Source of the DNA: Podarcis gaigeae | Taxonomy: Eukaryota | NCBI GenBank assembly: GCA_964106915.2 | Contig: OZ066916.1 | Length of the DNA stretch: 64,000 bases | Reading direction: 5' to 3' (one strand) | Part shown: one piece after another, positions 26,019-38,109 of the stretch | Numbering within the stretch: position 1 is the stretch's first letter | How the letters are laid out: each line of letters begins with the position of its first letter | The notes under the pieces: model-generated | Told to the model about the DNA's origin: nothing | Databases searched by the model: none | What the model saw: only the letters and a program-made list of their open reading frames with translations | Made by a program: the position numbers and the translations under genes

Positions 26019-27309
26019 CCTTCTCAACTTATGAGAGCCTAGTACAACAGTGAGACATGGTCCCTAGAGCCAGCTCCAGTTAGTAGGCTATCAGCTGTAT
26101 TTTATACCAACTGCAGTTTCCAAACAGTTTTCAAAGACAATATACAGTCAAAGTTCAGTATACAGGTTACCAGACCACCCTATTCATTACCTATGAAGTC
26201 CTAAATGGTTTGGTACTTGGCTATCTGAAGGACTGCCTTCCAAAACATGAACGCTTCATTCTTCAGGTCTTGTCCATATCCCCTTGACAAGTTAGGCAAG
26301 TTGCCCTGAAGTTGGGCAAGTGGTAATGGGAAGAGGATTTTCTGTCACAGTGCCTCATATATTAAATGCTCTCCCAGGGAAACTTTCCTAGTGTCTACCT
26401 TAATTTCTATTTGGCGTCAGGCAAAGACTTCATTGCCAATATGTTTCAACATACTTTGTAGATGGTTTTAAGTTGTTATGACTGCTAAATTTTATGTTTT
26501 TTATGGGTTTTATTATTGGAAATTATATTTTCTATAGTGTTTTACGCTTCTCTTGGAGTCTTTCACCAAAGGGCTGCCTATAAATAAAATACAGAGTAGC
26601 GGCAGCATGGGCAAAACCACTGTTCTTCAGGTGCAACACATGTTATGCTACATAATGCAACACATTATTTCCTTCTCTTCCCCTGGCTCATCTCTGTTTT
26701 TATAATTCATTTGTAAATCAACCACTTGATTTCAAGGGGATCTCTTCCACCCAACTTTCAAAATTTGAGCCTTTCATTCTAGCACCTTCTTTTCTACATT
26801 TGTGTGTTCCCTTCAAGCACTACCAACCTTTCACTTCCTTTATCAAAGCAGTAAGTCACTGCTGAAAGTTTCATTCCCCAAACAGAGTGATTGTAAACAT
26901 ACCACATCACCACACCAACTTGGAAAATTGGCACCAGATACTGTACTGCTTTCACCACAGAATTCCTTTGAGATTTCTAGTATATGTATATATTTCCTCC
27001 CTCCCCACATTAACCACAGATGGGATAGCAGAGGAACATTAGGCCAGTTTACGAACTTGAAATGTAGATATTCCCAAGTTTTACTGCTCTGTCTTAATTT
27101 GGCTAGAGACACAGCACATTAGAAATAAACAGAAAATGCCAAACTGAATATCACAACAGAAGAACTCTCTGAAGATGAGCAGACACAAAAATGTAGTAAC
27201 ATCTATGCTTGATAAGCCCATGTTGTCCCATGCTTTTCCTTTACACTCACTCCCAAGTCTACTGACAGAAGATAAGCTCCTTCAAGTTTCTCAAAAATAG
27301 GAAATTTAC

Positions 27310-27432
27310 CTGTATGAAGGAATGATTTTCTTTCAGACACGTCAGTAGAAACATCCCAGTGCCACAGAGCTCCATCTTCCGAACAAGTGAACAGATGATC
27401 AGGATTGGAGGGATGAAAGTGAACTTCCCATA
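27310..27432 (-). CDS. NUP43: NUP43 exon 7
   Basis: cag|TA TGG GAA...ACA G|gtaaat; WEVHFHPSNPDHLFTCSEDGALWHWD (WD40 repeat). Confidence 0.95.
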
Positions 27433-28317
27433 CTGAACAAGTAAACAAATTTTATTGAAATATACACTAATCTGGACATAATAAAGATACTATATAGCAT
27501 GAAGGCGTGCAACATTTTACAATAATAGACTACGATTAGAGGCTGTCTAATACAATGAGCCTAAGTAGAACAGAAGCTTGAATTTTTACAAAGTAGACTC
27601 ATACATATATTTTTTCTATGAACTACCAAATGATTTTGAGTATGCACACTGCCTCTGGAATAGAACCCTCACATGGGGTGTGATTGTAGCTTTTCCTGAT
27701 ATGAGATTTTATTGAGAAAATACAGTGAAATCTCTATTGTTCCCTCTCGAGCACCTTATGAGGGCATTCCACTGCCTAGACTATGTTCCCAAGTTACAGT
27801 TGCTACGCTCTTGTATATTTTGTAAAATGTGTCGTAGTTTCTGTGCTAGCTCTCTTGTCTCCCAGCAGAACAGAGGGTGACTGTACCGGGAATAGGTTCT
27901 ATTTAAGAATTTTGTAATAAATTCTCTTATTTATTCATTCATGTTCTGGAAGGGCTAATTCCCTGATATGAATACACACACATGCTCCTAGGGGTCCCTT
28001 GCAATGCTACAATTCTATTACAGTACTCTATGAATCTGGGGACCCAATGTTAAGAAAGGCTGGCTTAGAGCAATTTCTCTTTTACCTCATAGCTCGTATA
28101 CATGGACACACCACAACCATTTGAATAACTGGAGGTTGTACAGACCTCCCAAACATATACCCATGTATATGCCAAGGAGGAGAGATACAAAGGTCTATTG
28201 AGCTCTATGGAAATCCTGCCTCGCCCAAGTACTGTACTCATGTGTGGAAGGCTTGTACCTCTAGTTGTTGACATGAGGACAGGCGCAAGAATTACGCCTG
28301 TTTGTTTCGGTACTTAC

Positions 28318-28469
28318 ATTCTGCGTCATGAGCATTTAGCAAGGAAACTGGCATGCCGCCTTGTCTTACATCCCAAATACTCAACATTCCATCTTGGCTG
28401 CCTGTGGCTACAATGTGCTGCTGACTAGGGTGCCTATCCACACAGTGCAGTGGAACTCTTTCCCCTGTC
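28318..28469 (-). CDS. NUP43: NUP43 exon 6
   Basis: cag|G ACA GGG...GAA T|gtaagt; LHCVDRHPSQQHIVATGSQDGMLSIWD. Confidence 0.95.
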
Positions 28470-28593
28470 CTGCAAGGCAAGAGGAACACACATTTTAATG
28501 GGGAATCAAACAGGCTGTAATCCAGGAAGCAAATGACATTTAGCTATAGTGCTTGGCTTTAACATCATTCCTTATCCGAGAGTACATACTTAC

Positions 28594-28729
28594 AATGAAA
28601 ATATCTGTGAAGGCTCATTTCCTTGCTGTCTGAAATCCCATACTTTTAGCTGACCAATGGAATTGACTGTCAGGATCTCTGTTGTGCGAAGTTGAGTAAC
28701 TGCATGGAGTGTACTGCTGTCAGCATTAT
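28594..28729 (-). CDS. NUP43: NUP43 exon 5
   Basis: tag|AT AAT GCT...TCA TT|gtaagt; NADSSTLHAVTQLRTTEILTVNSIGQLKVWDFRQQGNEPSQIFS. Confidence 0.95.
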
Positions 28730-29665
28730 CTACAGGAAATTAGAACAAAAAAGTTCATATCATCTAAAACTGTATCACTCTTAGCAAGCATTGTTTGTTT
28801 ATATATCAGAAAAGCAGAGTGAACAACTGTTTCTAAGAAGTAACTGTAGGATTTACCCCAGAGATTAAATGTTCTAGAGAGAATTTTCTGGCATGTAAAC
28901 TACTAGTTGGATATACTAATATACCTTCTCATTAAGGGTATACTAAGGTTGTAATCCTATAGCCGTTTACCTGGGAGTAATCCCCACAGAATTCAATATT
29001 ACTGTTTCTGATATATTGCTCACACTTCTGTCTACCAAGAGAGATGGGAATTTTTGTACAATGCTTATTAAAGTGCAAAGAATCCAATTAGAAACTTCAT
29101 GAAAGTAAAGGTCAAGTATTTTAGAGTGTACATGGCCCTTATCAGTGTCTTCACAAAAGATCAACACCAGAATAACTTCATTGGTGTATGAGAGAAGAGT
29201 GTTGCCTCCCTGAGAATTGCTCTGGTTTGTTATGCCACTATCTCATTATTAAGTATCTCAATACCTTGGTTAAGAAACCAGTAGCAATTTTAGATTTTTG
29301 TTAAATGACTAAACAGTTTTGGTCTACAGCTTCCATTTTGCTGAAGCTATTGTTTCTTGTTCACTTTTCTAACCATTACTACAAAAGCACTTTTTTAACC
29401 ATATTCTTTAGGATCTTACTGTTGAAGCTTTGCTGCATTCGCATATGAGTTCTTATGAAAACCACAGCAGAACATGTCTAAAAGTGTACTTAATATTCTT
29501 GTTCCCTACAGCTATGATTAAGTTCACATAAAAATGGCACTCATGGATCTTCCAAGGACTCCCCAGACAATTGATTCATTTTTATCCTGAGCTAGCAAAG
29601 GTGAGCAGGAAGGTTTACAACAATATGTTGCACAAATATTTAGGACTTGAGCTCAAATTACTTAC

Positions 29666-29834
29666 CTATAGTACGTTTAGCTTCCTTATGGTCAACTTCA
29701 AACACATTTATCCTACCATCTTCACCAACCGTAAAAATTTCAGGGCTGTTGCATATGATCCCAGTGCATGATGCACTGCCACCAGATGCATCATAGTAAT
29801 GTGCATTTTTCCATTTCTGGTTTAAAGACAGAGT
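29666..29834 (-). CDS. NUP43: NUP43 exon 4
   Basis: tag|ACT CTG TCT...ATA G|gtaagt; TLSLNQKWKNAHYY...CNSPEIFTVGEDGRINVF. Confidence 0.93.
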
Positions 29835-32030
29835 CTAAAAGACAAAAGAGAGGTTTAAACAGCCACCCTATGTGGAAAAAGTTAGTACAGTATCTGAATT
29901 TAGAGCGGCGATGCACACATTCAAGTTCAAAACCTCATCAGATATAAAAGGTTTTTGGGTAGCTTTATACAAAGTACTATTTAGGCTAAACCAATTTAGA
30001 GAGTGCAGTAAGACTGCATAAATGCAAATTGTAAATAAAATGGCACAATGAAAAATGCTACAGAAGCAACAACTACATAAGTTAGCTACTAAAGTTTCAA
30101 AAGTCAATATAACAATCTATGTATTATATAAATTGCCAGTAAATATATCTTCAGTTTTGTAAGCAGACACATAATATATTTCTGTCTGCTCCTAAACACC
30201 CCACATCTTCCAAAGGATTTTAAAAATGTTTGAAGTACAAATGCATGAGTGACATGTCCGAGTCTCAAGGAAGCAACACAGAGGTATTCTGTTTCCACCT
30301 TTCCTGGTAACTAGAATATGTTGGATGGGCAGCATCATGAAAACCTTAATTAATGGTTTACCACAGATGTGCAGGTGGCTCTCACTTCACTTCCTTTCTA
30401 ACACAGTCAGGAGCCACGCCACAAATCACAATCCCTAACTTAGTGTTACATCCAAACTGGCAATCGTGGTTTGTTTCACTCCAAACCACAATGTCAAGTC
30501 AAGGTTAGTTCTTGACTTAATCGTGTATTTTTCTGGAGAAAAAGACATGATACTAAACCAGGGGTGGTGGAATGTTGCTTCTTCAAGGGGAATAGAAAAA
30601 CAGACATAATCTCTATGTTCAGGGCAAACCATTTGTTATTGTTAACACAACAAGCAAATTGGGTCTGTGTGTACACACTCACAATTAGCTTGTCACAGAT
30701 AGCTTTCAAAAAGCCTACTGTTTTTCAAAGCCTCTGCAGCAAGAAGGCAGGAGAGAATGAATATGTGTATAATAATAAAAATAAACCTTTATTGTCACTA
30801 CACCACCTGTATGCAGTGAAACTAAATGAGCCCCCCCCCCCACATACACTCAGACAGCATCAGCAGATTTATGTTTGTTGGCCACACCATCAGCTCTGGC
30901 CTTGTCCACTCTGGTCACACTTACTTTCATTTTGAACCCATTGGCATGTGGCCCCAGAAAGCTGGCTATGAGGAAATGCAGCCCCTGGGTTGAAAAAGGT
31001 TCCCCACCCTGATTTACAACATTTCAGGTCAGTGCCTTGCAGTTATTTATAATGAGTAACCAACTCCAAGGAAATCAGATTGCCAGACATATCCCATCAA
31101 ACCATTCTGCAGGAATGGTTTTGCATTTAATCTGTAAGACTGATTACACACAGCAAATCAAATGGTAAGTTATCAGCAGACGTTCAAGGACAAGGGCAAA
31201 TAATTATGGATGGAATTCAACATAGCGGGGTATGTACACAGGGAGTGAGGTCCGCTCATGCAAACGGGTTTCCAGTTTCTTCTGCCTGCACACCTCCTAA
31301 TATGTTCCAGGAATTCCAACCCGAGAGAACAGATTTAGGGGGTGTGTGGGAGGGAAGGTCCCATTGCATGTCATTTAATGACTTAGCTGAATCCCATCCA
31401 TTGCTTATTTATACACTACCTTTAGGTCAAATAATCTCTCAGACAGCTTAAAATGCATTAAAAATACACAAGTACCCAATGCCCCTTATTCTTCTGGCCA
31501 GTGACAGAGACTGGCCCTTGCTTCAACAGTTCCATAACTGCTGATAGTTGGAGTGTAGCCTTTGATGAAGTCCCAGACACAACTGGGGGGGCGGGAACCC
31601 CCATCTAATATAGGACTACATTATAAGTGTTCTAATGAAGTAGAAATGTTTCACTGTTTTCTTTTGTATATTGAGCTTTATATTAACAGCACAATCATAT
31701 GCAGCAGTACTAAGAAGCACGTCTCACTATGATTAATGGTGATTAGAACTGCAGACTATTCCACAATGAAGGTTTTGTCAACATTAATGTATACTCAGCT
31801 AATATACATCAACACAAACCTGATGAGTTGTATGGGTATAGTTCTCATAAAATGTTCCTAAAGCTGCATAGGGACCACACAATTACACTTTAGTCAACTA
31901 AGTGCAAGAGAAAGAACTAACCACTTCTACTAGAGTTTTTTAGCTGTCATTTATATTTAACAGCTTCACACTTGTTTATTTCAGACATGCAGAGCAACTG
32001 TCATAGTAGCTGAAAGCGAATACTATATAC

Positions 32031-32108
32031 CTGATTATTTTGATGATGTCTGAATATGGTCACACTTCCAGTGGATGAAGCAGTCACAATTCTCTCCTGA
32101 TCCAAAAA
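32031..32108 (-). CDS. NUP43: NUP43 exon 3
   Basis: tag|TTT TTG GAT...CAG|gtatat; FLDQERIVTASSTGSVTIFRHHQNNQ. Confidence 0.95.
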
Positions 32109-32316
32109 CTAAGGGAGAAGAAATCCTCAAAGATGTTAACACACAAATCTGTATTTACACAATATTTGATAAGCAAATTGTACCAGTGTCCCATATTTAA
32201 TTTCCCCAACTGTAGAGGTTAGGAACTCCCTTTCTTACTGGTATAACTGCAACACCTTAAACTTTCTTAACATGGAAATTAAATGTCATTAAGAGCTATT
32301 TTTATAGCACTTTTAC

Positions 32317-32439
32317 CTCCATATCCATAACATCACCACTGTGTTCAATATCACATAGCAGATGTGGTTCTCCATGGTATTCTCCATTTGGGGTCAAACT
32401 TCCAAAGTCTCCAACAGACCATATTGAAATCTTATTTTC
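32317..32439 (-). CDS. NUP43: NUP43 exon 2
   Basis: cag|GAA AAT AAG...GAG|gtaaaa; ENKISIWSVGDFG...HSGDVMDME. Confidence 0.95.
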
Positions 32440-33368
32440 CTGTAGGATTACAAGAAAAGCAAGCTCTTGTACCAGTATAAGAAAAACCAAACTTGGATAG
32501 CAACCTACTTCAGCTACATTTTCATTTTTCTTGCAAGCTAAAAAAGTGTCCCAAATACCATACTATCATCAACAAATATATGAAGTTAAAAGGTAGATAC
32601 AAAACACTATATATTGTGCACACTACATAGAGGTAAAAAGAATGGAAACACCAAACTGCTGGATTTTCTTTTTTACATACGTAGTACCTACTGAACTGTC
32701 AATAGACAGCTTACCAGGTTTCTATAATTTTGTACAAAAGCTTTCAGTGATCACATAATCTACCTTATTGCATTAGTGAGGAGAGGGAGCAAACAAACAG
32801 AGAGAAAGCTATCAAATTACACTTCCAAAGCAGAATGAAATGATTATTAGTATATGCCAGTTATTTCTAAGCCACCCCACACCTTAATTACAAATGGCTA
32901 GTAGTTGTTTTAATCGTTCATTTTTTAAAACAAAAAAGAGGGAAAGGGGGGGAAGAGTTCATTTTCTAGGGAAACCCAGCCAGATGGGCGGGGTATAAAT
33001 TATTATTATTATTAATTATTATTATTATCCTAACATTCTCACTGGCTCGGGGAGCTCAACAGTTAAATAAGAACAGGCAGAATGACACAAAACACAAAAA
33101 CCGCCCAGTTAAATCGTAACTACTACTACAAGTTGAATAAACTAAATAAAAAATATGGGGTCTGGGGCTTCGACGGACCTCTGAGTCTAAGCGAATACAG
33201 CTCCACCCCCGAGATTCAGACATGGAAAACGTGCACGTAGGAACGGAAAGCACCGAAGACGGGGGGGGGGGAGGAGTGCTGCACCCCCCTTTCCAAGGCA
33301 GCTCACCCTGAGGCCACAGGAGAGAGGGGCGGGGTGGAAAGGGGTGACGGGGTGGAAAACCGCGTTAC

Positions 33369-33488
33369 CTCGTTATCCCACGAGCCGGTAGCGAAGACTT
33401 CGGGAGGTTGCAGGGCAGCGGCAGACACGGGTCGCCAGCGGGCCTTACTAACTTTCTGGGACACGTACTTGGCGGCCACATCCTCCAT
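33369..33488 (-). CDS. NUP43: NUP43 exon 1 (start codon)
   Basis: ATG at 33488; MEDVAAKYVSQKVSKARWRP...FATGSWDNE|gtaacg. Confidence 0.96.
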
Positions 33489-33499
33489 GCTTAAGCGGG

Positions 33500-33680
33500 G
33501 AGAACCCGCCGCGTCTCTCTTACCTCCGCCGGCTTTCAAATGCGCCCTCTTGATTGGCTGACACACGTCACGGGAGACGGCGAAGGACGCGGGACAAAAG
33601 CCTGTCAGGACTGCGCTGCTCTCTCTCAAGGAGGCGTTAGGTTCCCGAGATTACTGGGGGGAGTAACGCGGAATGCTCTA
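33500..33680 (-). promoter_or_regulatory. NUP43: NUP43 core promoter (CpG-rich) with CCAAT box, CRE/E-box-like CACGTCA and TTTGAA element
   Basis: Minus strand reads ...tgacgtgtgtcagCCAATcaagagggcgcaTTTGAAagcc..., about 50 nt upstream of the ATG. Confidence 0.6.
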
Positions 33681-33918
33681 TCTTTGGCTTTTCCTTTCGT
33701 TTTCTAATAGCTAGAATTGGAGGAAACGCTGAGGTGGGATGTAAAGCATCTCCAGACGTTCCTTCCATGTCGGTTTTTCCCAGGACGTGGTGGTGATGCC
33801 CCACATCTCGTGATATATGTCAATACTGAGCACCCTAATAAAGACGAAGGACCCAATGGCACGAGGGAAGGCTTGGTTCCCTGCAATCCTTCTTGGCCAC
33901 CATCCCATTATGTGCTGC

Positions 33919-34135
33919 TATGGGCGTAGCCAGGATTTATGTTGGGGCAGGACACCCACCTGTCATCATCAACTGTCTAGCAGATTTGGAATAAAATGTT
34001 GTTTTAAATTACTTTCTTTTCACCCCAAGTTCTCGGAAAAAATCTCTCAAAATCTCTGCAATTTCTACTTTTAGTTAAGTATTTTTATTTATTTACTTAT
34101 GGGGGGGGCAGCTGTACCCCCTGGCTACACCCATG
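33919..34135. mobile_element. hAT-type MITE
   Basis: Terminal inverted repeats atgggcgtagccagg / cctggctacacccat; near-perfect 8-bp TSD tgtgctgc / tgtgctac. Confidence 0.75.
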
Positions 34136-35542
34136 TGTGCTACAGGGGCAACTGTAAACACACCTATTAGGAAATTCTAGTGAACAGAGTGGCTTTTACT
34201 TTGGAGTAAACATGCAAGGGATCATGCTATGCAGTGTCATTCAAAACACAGTTCCTATGGAATAAGCCTCATTGAACTCCCCGTCAGTGGAATTAGCTGA
34301 AGAGTACAGTATTCATAGGCCTGTAAAGCTCCTTCCTTGTTTCTTCTACAGTTTCTAAAGCTAGACCTTGATACTTCAGAAACCACGTCATGGTTTTCCT
34401 GATATGTTGCTTCAAAATTATGGGATGATAGTGGTATTTGTATGGGTTGACGGATGTTTGCTCAGTTCTGGGAGAAAGAAGTGTGTACTGTATATACGTA
34501 AGTAAAATATGAGTGTTAGTACTGCATCAGCAAAAGAGAACGAAATGTGTTTGGTTTGGAGGATTCATTTTTGTGCAAGACAAAAACAGCACTCGATTTC
34601 ATGTGACAATCTCAATAGCATCGCATCCATGCCCCCAGATCTTACTTGCTCACTGTGTTCAATGAGGTTTATTCTCAGATACATAGGGTTGTGGCTGTAA
34701 ACTCAAACTGGGCCAGGAGTTATTGGTTATTATTTACTTTCAAAAATTATAATGGCTGATGGGTACTTAGCTCTGCATAGAAAAGGACTGACAAATAGTA
34801 TAGCATACATATCGGATAGCTTCTTGGCAGCTACTCTAGGCTCTATAAAAACTACATGATTTCAAGTGGTGTAGTTAGGTAATTTTAGACTCTGGACTTA
34901 AAAGTATTATGGAGGGTACCCTCTTTAGAAGGCAGTGTGTATTATTTTGTTACTTCAAAATGTGGTAAATCAGCCCTGAGTGGGGCCTTGAACTTCTGTT
35001 CCAAAGTTCTGCCCTCTAAGCAGTTTATGTAAGGTAATATTAAATATTCATAGGAAAATACTGATAAAATCAACACAACAAAAGTAGGCATAATATAATT
35101 ATATTTATCATAATATAGACAAAAATCAACCTTCTTAAAAACAAATATATACAAAAAATAACATTTTTAGCAGACATTGCACACAGTACAACAAAGAAGT
35201 TTGTCTATAGGCAGGGAGTTCTGAAGAACAGTGCTGCCATAATAAAATATTTATTTATCTCAAGTGTGCAATGAACAGTAAATGGCTCTTGTTAAAATAA
35301 TTCTCCCTCTCAGGTACATAAACTGCAGATTCTGGGATTCTTCCTCATCCAAATCTAGGCAGAGTTGAGGAAGTGTGAGCAATTACCAATAAATTAATTA
35401 AAGAAGCAGGTTTCCCTCATTCTCCTCACAGGTTAGATGGAACAGCATTCTTGACCCTTTCCTTGACTTGGCTGTTTAACAAGAGTGCCTCTTCCTCTTT
35501 GGGTGGGCCTTATAACTTTAACCTATAAGTGCTATGTGCATA

Positions 35543-35784
35543 CAGTGGTACCTCCGGTTACACATGCTTGAGGTTACAGATGCTTCAGGTTACAGACTCC
35601 ACTAACCCAGAAATAGTACTTCGGGGTAAGAACTTTGCTTCAGGATGAGAAGAGAAATTGTGCTCCGGTGGCGCAGCGGCAGCGGGAGGCCCCATTAGCG
35701 AAAGTGGTGCTTCAGGTTAAGAACAGTTTCAGGTTAAGAACGGACCTCGGGAACGAATTAAGTACGTAACCCAACGTACAACTG
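35543..35784. mobile_element. Tc1/mariner (Tigger-like) MITE
   Basis: TA|cagtggtacctccggttac...gtaacccaacgtacaactg|TA; internal ttcaggtta repeats. Confidence 0.82.
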
Positions 35785-36449
35785 TACTTTAGGTGTGCCC
35801 TGCCTGGGGAGCTAAGTGAGTGCTGTGTTGTGTGTGCTCCCCTTCCTGTTCTTGGTGGGTTATGCTCCAAAACAGTGGTTGTGAGGAGCATAAAAGGATT
35901 CAGATCCCTGCCTGGAGGGATGCTTCAGAACTGGCAGTAGGGGTCAGTTTTGGCTGTGCAGCTTGGACTGATAAGAGTGGGGGCAGAGTGGCATTGCCAT
36001 GGCTGTTGTACGTACGGTGATGCAATGGTGTGTGCTGCAGATACACCTATCTTGCTGAGAGTTCATTGGCTCCCTCCATGGGTGGGCAGCATATGGGCAT
36101 ACCTGGCATCGCAGTCGCAACTTAGTGGGCACTGGCTGTTTTCAGGGGTGTTGAGGGCTTTTTTGCCATTTTTGTAGTGCATTTTCTCATTGGATGTGTT
36201 GTCCCTCCCAGCTGAGCACACACCAGATCCATCAGCAATTCCACAAACATTCCCCAGCTCTATCGTTTTAGTGGGCAACATCCTTGTAGCCCCTTTCTGT
36301 TGTTTCCACTGTCTCTTTTTGTATGTCACTGATTTTTTGTTGTTGTTAGGATTTTCTCTATGTTGTACCCAGTGCTGGGATTGGTGGGCTATGAATCTTT
36401 TTTCTTGATACATAAAAATCATGTGGCCCCATTACATATACTGTATGTC

Positions 36450-37760
36450 CTATGTGCCGCCGCCGCCGCCACCACCACACGACAGAAAGCGTTTTGCGTC
36501 CAGCCAGGCGCGTATGTTGCGCTTTGCTCCCTGCCGGCGACGCTGCGAGACTTTTCATCCCCTAAAACTCAGCTCTGCCTCAAAAGCCTACCCACATTGC
36601 ACTGCAAATAAAACTGCAAATGTGCCTTATAGGCCATGCCACGGTTATTTATAGCCCGACAGGAGAACCAGTCACATGCTTCCGTTTAAAGGAGCAGCCA
36701 GCTTCCCACAACCTCGGCTGCGAAGCCCCTCGCCGTCCTCCGCAACCCCAAGAACCCAGCCTCCTACTCCGCCCATCACCAAGAGGTTCCCCCCTTCCCG
36801 GCCCGCTCCCCTTTATTCCATGTACTGCGCCTGCGCACACCAGCCGCGGTTGCCCGGCGGCGGCGCCCGTTCAGAATGTCGAGCGCGCGGGGGGGCGGGG
36901 GAGCAGCCCCTCCCTCCGGCGGACGCGAGGCGGCGGCAGCGGCAGCTGCTGCTGCGGGAGGGAAGGAGGCGGCGCCTGTGTCGGCGCTGGAGGTTGTGTC
37001 CTTCCTGGGGAAACTGCTGTGCGCAGTCGCGGCACTGAAGGCGGCTCTCTACCTGCTCCGCAGAGTCTGTCTAGCTATGGCCTGGAAGTCAGGAGGCGCC
37101 AGTCACTCCGAGCTCATCCACAACCTCCGCAGTGAGTGCGTCTGTGGTGTGCGCGCTGGGGCCGGTGGCCAAGGAAGGGGGTGGGAGGAGGAGGAGGCAG
37201 AAGGAGGGGCCAGGGCGCGCGCAGTCCATTCATGTACCACACATACACAAGCGCGCGCGAACCCCGTCGCTAGGGAGTGACCGTTAGTTGTCGGCCCTCA
37301 GAAGCGCGCGCTGGGGTGCCTTCGCCAACGGCCTTCGCGCCTGGCGGCTGCTGGAGACGTGGGCGGGTGGGAGGTCGCGAGCACCGCGAGGGGGGGGGGA
37401 GAGAAAAGAGAGTCCCCGCAGTCGAGCGGGTGTGTCTCGGTGCGGCGGGAGCTTGCTTGAGGGCGGTGGCTGCTGTCGCCACTACTGGAAGAGAGCAGGG
37501 CTGAGTCCCTCCGCTGTTTCGCAAGCGGGGAAGCGGCAGCCTCGGCTGTCCACCCAGCTTCGCCGCTGGGCCCGGCAGTCGTGGTAGAGGTGCCTCTCTC
37601 TCTCTCCCCCTCTCTCTCCCGGTTCCGTTTCCGCTTCCCGCGTCTTAAGGGGGAAGGCAGCTAAACGGCCGGCTCTCAGCTGTGAGCATCGCGCATCGGA
37701 CCTGCCAAACGCCCTTTTAATATAAAATAAATAAACATTATGCGGGTTACCTACTGCAGC
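36450..37760. promoter_or_regulatory. PCMT1: CpG island / PCMT1 promoter and exon 1, with NRF1-like site TGCGCCTGCGCA at 36826-36837
   Basis: Very high GC and CpG content around PCMT1 exon 1; GC boxes. Confidence 0.85.
37077..37131 (+). CDS. PCMT1: PCMT1 exon 1 from the canonical ATG (protein-L-isoaspartate O-methyltransferase)
   Basis: MAWKSGGASHSELIHNLR; donor CGC A|gtgagt. An in-frame upstream ATG lies at 36876 (see findings). Confidence 0.97.
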
Positions 37761-38109
37761 AGGCATGTGTTATGTAGTTTCCCACCCACAGGTAAACAAC
37801 CGATGCATAGCTCACAAAAGCCGGAAAGTTCCAGGTTTTTCAAGTCGTTAAAGGCAAAGTTAGGTTTCAGCTTCATGTGACTGCAGAGAAGAATGAAACC
37901 ATCTAAATCTAAAATGTCCCTTGGATAGTGTGGCAGCTGCTCTTTCGCTCTCCCCTCAGTCATTATGCAACTGTCTAGTGAGTCTCTTGGGGTGCTTCTC
38001 ATCGGTTCAGGTGTTAACATCTTTGTTTGTCTGGGAGCCACCACCCATGTTAATGTGTGCTGCAAATGTGAATCCCATAATGAGAAAGTTGGATGAAATG
38101 GATAAGTTG

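Noticed and set aside
36620-37766. Other ORFs overlapping the PCMT1 CpG island (171, 120, 99, 94 aa)
   Set aside because: GC-rich artefacts. Only the frame continuous with the PCMT1 ATG has independent support.
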